Part shown: piece after piece, positions 23,401 through 35,400 of the stretch
How positions within the stretch are numbered: the stretch's first letter is position 1
How the letters are laid out: every line of letters begins with the position of its first letter
DNA from: Phoronis australis
Lineage: Eukaryota; Animalia; Phoronida
DNA: 64,000 nt
Assembly (NCBI GenBank): GCA_002633005.1
Contig: NMRA01000059.1
Location: forward strand, 547,883 to 611,882
Reading direction: 5' to 3'
Program-made: the position numbers and the translations under genes
Notes under the pieces: generated by a model
What the model was told of the DNA's origin: nothing
The model's input: the letters and a program-made list of their open reading frames with translations, nothing else
Database searches by the model: none

Positions 23401-26400
23401 TCATTTTCTAGACTTCATTAGCCAACCCATGTACTTGCAAGATGTAGCGTTTGGCACAAAAGTTTTGAAGATGGATAGCGGCGAGCGTATAACTGTCCCT
23501 GGTGTAATACGAACTGTGATTCCAGCACGAATCATCAAACAGTATGAGCAGTTCTGCAAAGAGACTGGCTTTATATGTCTGAGCCAGAGTACTCTATTTA
23601 AGATTTTGGAGACTTGTGGAGCGTCTCAGCAGAAGTCCCTGCAAGGATTGGACTATCTGTCTGCAGAGGGTGCTGATGCTTTCGATTCGCTTATCAAACT
23701 CATTACTGATATTGTCCCTAAAGAACTCACTGATATGTCAAGAGCGATAATAACAAGGCTAAAAAGTGCAAAGAGGTACCTCAAAACTGAGTATGCATCT
23801 CACATCGTGGAAGACAGCCGATGTGCGGACCATTGTTTAAAGTTTGCTTTAAGTGACGGTGATCAGGAGGAGTACAGCTCTTCATGTGACCATGAACATG
23901 ACATGGAGTGTATTTCATGTAAAGATTTAGTAGAGTCCCTTTTGGACATAAAGGCATATATACAGACCAATTCATCTGATGTCGACACTCACCTGCATGA
24001 TTACAACCAGGCTGTTGAAGCAATATTTGATTGGAAGGCTCACATATTACGTGGTGTGAAACAAGATCAGTCGAAAAGTGACCTTCTGAAAGAACTTGCG
24101 CCGCACTCATGTCTTTTAATTATTGATTGGGCCATGAAGTTCTTGCCTTTGTATTACCGTGAGCGCATGACTGATTTTTTTGGAAAGCGTGGGAAGAGTT
24201 GGCATGTGTCTTGTATTGTTGTGAAAACAGATGAACGATTTGATGTAACTTGCCATGTGCACATCTTTGAGAACATTACCCAGAACTGGGAATCGGTCAG
24301 TGCCATTGTGGAAAAAAGTTTAACTGATTTCAAGAGACAGAATCCAGACATCACAGAAGCATACATACGATCAGACAATGCTGGGTGCTATCACAATGCA
24401 TCCTTATTAGCGCAATTGCCAAGGATTGGTGAACAGTCTGGTGTTCGTATAAGACGGTATGACTTTTCTGAGACGCAGCATGGCAAAGACATTTGTGACC
24501 GGAAGATTTCCCCGTTAAAGCGTCATATGAGACTCTACGTGTCTGAGAAACACAACATTGTGTCAGCGTCTGACATGAAGATAGCAATGGAATCTCACGG
24601 AGGAGTTGCTGGATGTTTGGTGTCTGTATGCAGTTTAGAAAGCAGAAGCATCAACCAAGGGTTCTCCATTCCTGGAATCAGTGCCCTTCACAACTTCTCG
24701 TTTGAGCCAGAAGGTATGCATTTTTAATGTGCAAACAACTAAAATTTATATGACATTCAGAAATTTCAGATTGTGCCAAAATGATCATTTCCTCTATTTG
24801 AGGGCTAGATGTTGCCTAAAATTTTATACTTTTTTGAAAATTGAAACGCTACACACCAAAAGTAATCCGAAAAACAACGTTCCATTCTTGCTACATGTAC
24901 TCTGAAAGACATGGAGTTTCCCTTACGCTCAGTCGGCATGAAGGGGGATTCCATATTATTTTATGCCATGATCTGTATTAAGGCTTGTATCTGTCATTCA
25001 CTCTTTACGTAAAAGCATTTCTTTGTTTTTGAATTACAATGAATCCTTGTTTTTAGGAGTACTGAGGTGCTGGAAAGCATACAAAATTGGGAAAGGTTCT
25101 GTTGTAAAGCTACCTGTTGACACCCCAGTCATCAAACTGACAACACTGGAAGAACCTTGTGCAACACATTCTCCAAGACCTTTGCAACCAGATACCTCAA
25201 GGTCTCAACTATTTCTGTGTAAGGAACCCGATTGCCATCTGTCATTTGGCTCCAATACAGAGCTGGATGCCCACACTGAAGAAGGGTGGCATGAGAAGAA
25301 GCAAGCAGACAACCAAACAGTTTTTGATGGCATCAGACAAAAATGGGCTGCAATCATTTCTGGCATTACAAAAAAAGGTAAACATTTTGTGCCGAAATGT
25401 ATAACTTGAGCACATAATTAAATATCTTATCCCTAGTATTCTGTTGGATGAATGCATTTGTTTGTGTGTAAGCCCGTGGGCTTGGGTTACTCCGAAAAAT
25501 GAGACTGTGCCTCTGCACACATGAGCTTGTCTCGAACATTTGTACAAAAATACATAAGGTTCTACAAATATTCAGGTGCAAACACAAATTTCAATTATGC
25601 TTCATGTGATATACTAACGTGTAATCCATGAACCAATGGTGGAAATGGTTCCATGTTCTTGCCTTTAAATTCCACTTGTGGTCCTCTAAAACCCAATCCT
25701 CAACTATAGCAGAAACGAAAGAAATCTGCAGTTCCAGACGTTTGAACTCCACACCAGCTAAAAATGCTCGATACCCTTGGACCAAACTCCTGTCCTTGGA
25801 ATCATGTTATAAAGGAAGTTCAGATGAGAAATCTTCATGGCACTGGAATTTGGTGCTTGTGTAAGGAGATTTTACAATGCAAGAGTGGAGATTAGGAGCA
25901 CAGGTCTAGGGATTTGTATCACAGGGTTGGAGTTTACAGAATTGGTTAAGGATTCGTTTGCATCCCATGATGGAAGTTTCCCAGCTCTGGTTTGAACTAA
26001 GTGGCATGAGGAGTGGGCCCATACCCAAGCAAGAGGGTGTATGTGTGAGAATAAATAAAAGCAGGGGAGTTTGTAAATTAAATTAGTGTGTTGGCCATTG
26101 ACTGGAGTACTTGCCACTGCTTTGGAAAGTAGTATTGAGCAACTTTTTGTTTTGGCAAAGTGTGTTGGACGGAAATTAAAATATAAAAATAGTGCGTCAC
26201 TCGATTACATGTAATGTGCAACACTAACTTGTCATATAAAAAACGTGTTCCAACCCAAAATATGTAGCAAAAGCGATGCTTTTCAAAAATGGCACTGCAC
26301 TGTGTTTTAACAGTCTAGGAATAAAATCAGTTTTTACTGATTTTCATTCTGTTAAAATATTTTTTAAATAGAAATGATCACAGCGTAATACAAAAGCATG

Positions 26401-29400
26401 TCTTACACATGATGGAATTATCTTTCATGCAATTTCTTCATGAATACTGTGTTAGGTAGAAAATTTCAATGTTTTTTTCAAAATGTTCGTTTCAGAGGCT
26501 AGCATTCAAATAGCAAAAGAGATCTTTGGTGTGTCCACCCTGGAAAAGGGTTGGGGACTGAAATCCTCAAAAAAAAGATTACGAATGACAGCTGGTGTTA
26601 GACAGTTCTTGACAAAGATCTACAACGATGGTGAGAAGAGTGGCCAGAAATTGAACCCTGACCAGTGCATGCATCAAGTCCGTGCCAACTTTAATGTAAA
26701 TGAGTGGAGAACATCAAAACAAATTGCAAACTTTTTTTCAAGACTCACAGTTCAGAAAAAAAGACACCAGTTTGTGGACGATGAGGATGAGGAGGATGTA
26801 GCCAATGACAGAGAAGCATGGGAACAAGAAGTTCGTGGAAATATAATGAAAGAAATGGGTGTGCTTCATCCTGTGATGTTCGGAGATAAAGATTTGTGTG
26901 AGCTGCTCAAACAAAATGGGCTCTCAAAACTTAAAGTTGTGACTTTAAGACAAATTTGTCGTACAGTTGGTATTGAATTCGGTCAACGGAAGTCAGAGGT
27001 GCTGTCAGCACTCACCGAGTACTTACAGATGTGTACTTGTTGCGTTTAAAATAGTGCACTTTATTGACCGTACCACGTCTAAATTGAAAACATTGTTATA
27101 GTATGGTATAAGTCAGTTCAGAGCTTTTCATCTACAGCACTGCTTTGTTTTCGAATATGCGCCCACATCTTTATATGTGGTTGCATATTGCCTTCATCTG
27201 TCTAGGCATTTGTCATCTGGCTTCCGCATCTGTGTCTCCTAAACCCCTCACAGGAACTTGATGAGATTAGGCAGATGTGTTCCTATCAAACTGACGACGG
27301 ACAATGACGAATTTCGGACCTGTCTGACTACTGGTGTGCCCCCTTGTACATATTTGGAAGTCCTCAACGAATTTTCATAAAATTTGGCAGTTAGGCATCT
27401 ATTAGTGAGATGATGATGTACTCCCGTTGTGACAGATTCAAGGTACTTTGCGCCTCCTAGTGGCCATTTTTACTGTTTTCGAGACTGTTTTTTTGGCGTC
27501 CATCCTTCAATCACAACCACTCTGACGATCATTTTTAAAATTGGTGTGAAGAGGGTGACTGACGATTTTCCGACTTCAAATACTGTGGTGCTTCCTTGTG
27601 GCAGTTTTTTTTTGTGCCCATGGCTGTTTATCCTAAATCATTTGCAAGATCATTTACTAAATGTAACAAGTATATTCATATGATGTTCACAACGAACAGC
27701 GACAACTTTCGCATGGATCAGACAACCATTGCACCCCCTAGTGGCAATTTAATTTTTACATTTACCTCTGTAGTTTAAAAGGTCCTCAATGGATTTTCAT
27801 AAAATTAGGTAGTTGGGCATCTATTAGTGAGATATTGCTATCCTCTTTGCGTTACTTAGCGGCCATTTTTACTGTCAGTTTTGTGAGTCTTTTTTTGTTG
27901 GCGTCCACCTCTATCAACCAAACCAGTGTAGGGGTGATTTTGAAAATTGGCAAGTATGTTCTCAGTGTGATGATTTTGTATACTGTGGCGCCTCCTAGTG
28001 GTAGTTTTGTTTTGCACCTATTTTGTATCTCCTAAACCAACTGCAAGATCTGTATTAAACTTAGTAAGTGTATTTATGTGAAGCTAACAATAGACAACTT
28101 TCAGGCAGATGCTGTGCCCCTCGTGTCAATTTCAATTTTTTGTTTTCTTTTGTTTCTCTGAAATTCTTCGACAGATTTTTATGAAATCGGGTAAATAGCT
28201 TTCTGTTAAAGAAGCGATGGCATGTTGCATTTTCAGATGGATTGGACATTTTGCGCCATCTAGTGGCCATTTTCATGATACAAATTAACAACTCTAGAAG
28301 CTCATGGTTTGCGGTGCATTCGTGGGAGCATCTCAGCGCTCCGCATTGCTCTTGTAATGTTTTAGGTCAGTTGCTGGCTCATATACATCTCATACATTAC
28401 AGGAATGTGTAATCTGATGGAATAGCATGGGTCTTTACAATCTTTCGCGCTAAGATTTGCTATTCTATGAAAACCTCCCATGCTGTTTTATCACAACTGA
28501 CTGACTTTCACGCTACAATATTTGAAACGAAACCTCCTGTAGTGCACTTATAATTACGTGGCATGTTAGGTGTAATGTCAAAGTAAAAAGTATATATTCT
28601 GCCACACAAGTTATGCAAGTTACAACCTTCCAGGTGCTTGATTTCTAAGTTGTGTGATCATTTTATGGTCTATGGGTAAGTTATTTGAGAGCAACTTGAT
28701 TGCAAAATTTTTAATAGAAAAGCAGATACTGAAGTTGCAAGATGTGTGAAGTATACATAGCCTGTATTACAAGAGACTAATGGATTTGCATGAACTGCTT
28801 GCATTTGCAATGTCTGAGGAGTGCATGACCACTCAGTAGTGACAAAAAAGGAATTTTGTTGTTTTTAAGAGAGCCTTGTTTTATCATGGATACAGTAATT
28901 TTCAAAATAAACTGGAAAGACTTTGACAGAACTTTGCCCACTTGCCAGAGTTATTTGGCGGTCAGAATTTTTTCTTGGATGTTATTGCACCCAGCAGCCG
29001 CTTTATTTTTAAACAGATTTGCATGGTATGCAGCCACGATTTCGACAGGGTGCAAGGAGCAACACCCATGGTGGTTTTGTTGTGACTGATGGATTTGCAT
29101 GTAAAACGGATTCTTGTCAAAAAGAAATAGATAGTTGCAGTTTGTATGTAGAAACTTTGTTGAATTTTGAAGTTGTCCAACTGATTTTGAAAACTGCTGT
29201 ACTTAAAAAATATAGCCAAACCACACTGCAGCAAACCTCACAAGATGTTTCACCTACATTTTCAATAACCAAACCACCTTGTATGCCCTGGAACTTCTAT
29301 AACTGAGTAACTGTTGTAAACCAGGTTCACTGTGACATGGCCTGTACTGCGGAATACTTTTTGCCTGTATGTGTAAAGTAACATTTTCTAGTCTTTTGGC

Positions 29401-32400
29401 CTGGAACAAACTGAATTTGTCTGCAGTCTTTAATACATGTAAATCACTTCACTTGATTTTCGATGAGCATCAACGAAATATGAGATTAAGCACACCACTT
29501 GTAATACACGAGCACAAACATATGGCAGATATAATGCATTTTTTGCTGAAAGTCAAGGTTTTTTGTTGCGATTTTGCTAAGCATACGTAGGAAGCACCAA
29601 CATATTACCCTTATAGAAATTAAATGAAGGAGTGGGGGGACCTCGGGAGAGGGGAACATAGGGCCTGGGTAACACTGACGCATAGGAAACATAGTGCAAA
29701 GAGAATAGAGGGACACTGCAACAGTGCGTATACCCAGATCAAACCTACATAATCCACCGACTTCGAAAAATATAACAGTGAAAGCCTGTGTTTGATTCAG
29801 ATCTCGAATAACACAGTCAATCAAGGTAAGGTTATACTTGATTAAGGATTGCTAATGGTATTTCAACACGGACAAATGACCTGTTTTACTTTCTGAACAG
29901 GGTTATTTGATAGCAAAACTTTATTAAGAGTACAAGAAATGTTTTACATTCTTTGCTTACCTGGCACTACACTGTCTGATTGAAGGGAACATAAGTAACT
30001 GTTCTACTTGTAGTTGTAGACCCGAGGCTTAAATGTTACTATGCCACTGTTCAAATCAAAACAGCTTTATTTTGGGGCATACTTGGTAAAATACAGCAAA
30101 ATAGAACAATTAGATAAAGGCTACGAAGTTATATCGCTTGAACCAGTTCTGAAATCCCCCGGGTGAACTTCACAAATCTTGGCAATTCTCAAATCCTACC
30201 TCCAATACTAATGAGCTCTCTAACTTCCGCAAAATCTTACCTTCAATGCAGGAGAGCTGCTATGAAACTTGCTTTGAAGTACATGTCTGAGGGCATTTCA
30301 CGGAAAATAACAGAGGATTTCCATAGGTTTGACGACGTGATTTTTTTGGATTAACTTATTTTTGCTTTGAAACCTATTCAGTTTGTTGGTAAACCTCTGT
30401 TTTTTTTAGAAAAGTAACTTTGAACTGAATCACTTTTTTAGCATTTCCCCATCCAAATACACATAAAAAGTGGGGGTGTCTTAATTACTACAAAAATATT
30501 TTTTGGGAAAATAAAAAATGCATTTTTCTTAATGATTTAGATCACTGAATAAAATCATAGGGCCAAAACGTCAAAGTTTTGACATGCTTCCGCCATCGTT
30601 TGCAGATTTTCTCAAATAATGCCTCTTAAGGCTGCATTTCATCTTTTACTGCACGTTAATTAAATGTCTACTGAGAATCGGTAATTGGAGTGCATTTATA
30701 GCCAGCATAAGTCATTGGAACTCACTACCATCATAGATACTTGTTAGTCTATGCTGCCATGTGGTCATGAGTCAGAGGTAGAGGCATTTTAATGATCAAG
30801 GTTTGTGCGAATGCACAGGTATGCATGGTATATCTATATGTGCCGTACTTTAGCTCACCTACCGTAATCATTAGCTGATCGATAGNTTTGCATTTGATAA
30901 CCGTATGCCATTCTAAACTCTTAAGGCTGCATTTCATCTTTTACTGCACGTTAATTAAATGTCTACTGAGAATCGGTAATTGGAGTGCATTTATAGCCAG
31001 CATAAGTCATTGGAACTCACTACCATCATAGATACTTGTTAGTCTATGCTGCCATGTGGTCATGAGTCAGAGGTAGAGGCATTTTAATGATCAAGGTTTG
31101 TGCGAATGCACAGGTATGCATGGTATATCTATATGTGCCGTACTTTAGCTCACCTACCGTAATCATTAGCTGATCGATAGGGGTTGCCCTTTCAAAACTG
31201 CCAGACTGGATTCTTTGGTTGGATTAAGATCTGCCAGAGGAGCATACAATTGTGGGGTGAGGTTCATAGGCCTAGTCAGACTATTATTTGGCATCAGTAG
31301 TAGCAAGTTAAATAGTATGACTACTGTGTAGGACTACAATGCAACAAAAGATCGAGAATCGGTTGCCCGTCAGTCTAGTTCACTTTTATTATGTTATGTA
31401 ATTAACCAATTTTTGTTATGGACTGAAAAGGTTTTTAGTGATGGGTTCAGTTTTTATCAGAGTGTCAAAAATGTTCCACATTGTGTGTAAATTTTTAAAG
31501 CTACATTTTGCCCTGTAGTTTGAAAGCTGAAAATCGAAATGAAAATAGCTCTGGGGACTAGAATTAAGGAGTATGCTGAATTGAACAAACCTATACTGTC
31601 ATTGGTGAACACACCATTAACACTGCCAATATTGTAGACTGGGACAATGCCAAAGTTCTAGCCAGTGAGGACCATTGGAGCTCTCGAAAATTTAAAGAAG
31701 CCGTATTTATCAGGAAAAGACAGCCCACCATGAACAGAGACCAAGGTCCACAGCTCCCTCCTATGTGACCCCATTTTAGATCTGTGTCAGAAAAGCGCGG
31801 GTAATCCACTCATTGAAAAAGACCCTTAGATGAGGTTTGAAATGTTCGAGTCATCATCCACAAACAGTTTGTAGTTAGTGAAATTTTTACCTAATCAAGT
31901 TGAAAATAGTATTTTGACTTAATACCAAAATTCAGTTCCAAATCTTGCAATGAATTATGTTTTCAACTTTCAGCCGTCATATTGCCAACCCTGTGGCTGT
32001 ATATTAGTGGAAAATATCATGCTGAGGAGTGGTTCTTTGGACTTGTTCTGTCTGGCTTCAGTCTAACGGCACTGCTTGCTAGTCCAGTATTTGGAAGGTA
32101 CGGTTTGCCTGGATCATGTAATTCTAAAACTTTATTTGTATGTTACTGTTGAAATATGATGAAAAAGCGATGTTAGCTTCAAATGAAATTCATCATGTTT
32201 TTCATCAACAACTTGTAATTAATTTATTTTGATTTTTAGTTATTATGTAGATTAAGAAAGTGGACCATGCTGATTCTACAATTAGAGGTGAATTATTTTA
32301 GTTGATCACTTCCACTATGACTGAGTGACATTGTCATTTGAAATGTTTTTAAAAATCCATAAACGTTCAGGAATTTCTACATCTGTGCTATTAATTCTGG

Positions 32401-35400
32401 AGTGAATACATGCTGTGGGTATTTTCCATACAGTAGCTCTCTGTGATAACTTAGTGACAATCTATTTATTTTGACAGTTATATGTGCATTAAGTGAACAC
32501 ACATTGCTAATGAATAATTGCTCTTAAATGAATTATTTTTTGTTAAAAAGGTTTCTTTTAAATGGTGTTATATGTTATAAGTTGTTGAACTATTTGTTTA
32601 AATTCAGATGGTCGGACGTGACAAGAAAGACCAAGCCACTGTTCCTATTTGCCAACTTGTGGTCAATAGGTGGCAGTCTGATGTATTGGATGGGTGTGTC
32701 CAAATGGTTCATTTTGGGAGGAAGGCTCATTGCAGGTAATGACATAGATCTTATGGCATCCAATGTCTTAATTAAAGTGGCACATTTCCCACTTTTATCT
32801 GCTTTCTTGAATGTAAAGTCCTTTTTAAGTTTAAAAACTTTACTATCTTGTTTCTTCATCAGACAGAACTTTATGTTATGACCAGGGTTCAGGTTCTAAT
32901 TTTTTACTGGAAATCGAACTTGAAATTATGTTTGGCATTCAATTATTCTACTGTTGTGCTTGAGTATATAACTTTTCAATCATAGTTTGCACTTGGTGAC
33001 CTCAGCATTAAGGCTAAAATTTCAAGTTCAAACTCTTTGAGTTATTACTTGAAATCTTGAGTATTTCTTTAGTTTGTAGCTCAAATATTGGGGTAGCCAT
33101 TTATCCTGAGTTTGCACAAAGAAGAGCAGAAATTGCTAAAACTAATTTCAAGTTCAATTTCGAATGCAAATATTAGACCCTTGCCCCGGAAATGGTGGAC
33201 AGCCTCCAGGAAATCTCTCTTTTGCATTCTATGTTTTGTTGAAAACCTGACATTTTACATACAATCCTTAATTCACTGCACTTGATTATAGCAATAGAGG
33301 ATGTTTATTTTTCGTAATTGTTCCTCGTTAATTGCAATTCTCCACTTATTTTCGCAAAAATTCCTATTTGATCGTGTATTCATTTTTCAAAGTCTGATGA
33401 CCTTGCGGCAAATAATGGAAATTTTACCAGACGTTGTTTCATAGTGTCTGCAAACTGTAAATCATGCTTCTAAAAGACTAGAGTGTCCTTAATCTTTATT
33501 CTTGTGGAGAAATTTGACAAAATAGGATTTTACATGTGGGCCACCTTGTGTGTTAAATAAGTGAATAATTACAGTTAGTTAATATACTTTGTATGTGTAT
33601 AAAGGAGAAATTGCATGATCTAATGTGACTTTAGTCCGTGTTTCTCAACAGGCGTTGGAACAGCCGTGAGTGCACCCATCGTAGCGGACATCACCAGAAC
33701 TACCGAACCAAATGAACGAACATCAAAGATAGCCATTTTGTTTGCCTTGCGACAGTTTGGGCTGCTCCTTGGTAAGGCTTGGAGATCCTTTCAATAAGAC
33801 AACTGTTGCAATACAGTTTCATGTATCATGCGTGCAAGAGTATTTGAACTTTGAATGTCATACAAAAGTACCATTAGACTATTCCATTCTCCCTTTGCAG
33901 TAGAGTACTGAACACTTCGAGGTGTTCTCAGCACCCCGATGGAGACAGATGGGTAATCACTGAATGGCAGATTAATAATGGCAACCTCCTTTGAGTGGGG
34001 TGTAGAAAGGTTTTTATCAGTGTTTCCATTTATCAACTAACAGTTGTGCTGCCAATTAAATCCAAGGTTGACAGTAAATAAGGAACAATCTTTGGTTATT
34101 AGGTGTGTTCTAGAATAGCAATAATTTGTGAGCACATTCATTGTAGACAGAAAACTAGAAGCCATGGGGCCGACATGACAGTCATCTCATCCCGATCATG
34201 TGTCTGAGGTTGATCGCCGTTGCGAAACTTGAAATGCTGATAAAGTTACTTAATCTGATATTGATAAAAATTAAACTTATAGTCCAAGTCCAAGTCACTA
34301 CATCTTTTTTGCACGTTTCCAAGAAAGGTGAATGTGATGGGCTTTGTTCGGGGATGAAGTTTTATGAATCAGGATGTCATGATCGACCAGAGTGTCAAAA
34401 ATCCAACAGAAACACTGATCTTGTTGATGCATGCATGTTGTACTGATGCGTGTCGTCTTGTTCAAAGTTTGCATCCACCAGAAGAAGCAATTTAAATTTT
34501 GAAGTAAAGTGGGTTAACTAATAAGCTGCCGCCATAGTTATCATCGATAGTGCTATTTATGGGGTGGTACTCATAGACATTATTTTGACCGTGCCGGGTA
34601 AACCCTCAGCCTACTTTATTTTAGCTTGCACATTGTTGAGCCAACAAAAGAGTGCTCAATATGAGACTATAGATACTTGAGTATAATCATTCATCCTGAT
34701 AAACAAGGTTGCATTTTTTACTTTTGGTTTGCTAATCCATCTTTCAAGGATATCTCGCATTCTCACCAAAACCTTTAAAAATTAAATTAAGCGAAATAAA
34801 ACAAGTGTTTTCGTTATCAGGTCCCAACATAATCGAACCAAAAGGTTCAAAAAACCTTCTAAGCCTTGATAGATTGGGCATAAGACACGTCATTTACATT
34901 TTGACGGGCCACTGTAACCTAGTCTGACACAGACGTGTTACTGGGCACATGGGGAGCCCAGTGTGTCCTGAGTGTGGTACTGACGTAGAATCCCCTAAAC
35001 ACCTGGTAGAGTTTTGCCCAGCTTTTATTGGCTAAGGAGCAACCAACTGGATGACACTGATACATGCCTACAACATACAGTGCATGGCAACAAATGGAAA
35101 GCCTGTTCATTTTCTTAAAGGAGACAGGCAGACTTGAAAACGTCCTTCACAAGGAGCCTTTGATCCATAACAGGGCTCTCATGTTATTTTTGCTCAGGTG
35201 TTTGTTGCAATGGACCCAACCATGGGGCCTGCGCCCACACCAGAAATGACATCATACCGCTTACACTCTTTTTCTTTATCAGGTCCTGGTTGTAACTTGT
35301 TTTTAAAGGAGTTGGACTTCTACATTGGACCATTTCCTGTCAACAAATATACCTCTCCTGGGGTAAGTGCATCTGCATAGCTATTCATTGTAATATTAAA

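Larger units (their letters stand above)
14749..30625 (+). mobile_element. Sola3-like DNA transposon, 15.9 kb, TTAA target-site duplication
   Basis: TTAA at 14745-14748 and 30626-30629; joined flanks with a single TTAA appear at 30887-31180; termini GAC.../...CTC with imperfect inverted similarity; encodes a DDD transposase. Confidence 0.88.

Noticed and set aside
23781-24587. Minus-strand ORFs of 74-109 aa
   Set aside because: Shadow ORFs antisense to the transposase core exon
30630-31180. Direct repeat suggesting LTRs or a tandem duplication
   Set aside because: Explained by the empty-site allele joined at N 30886
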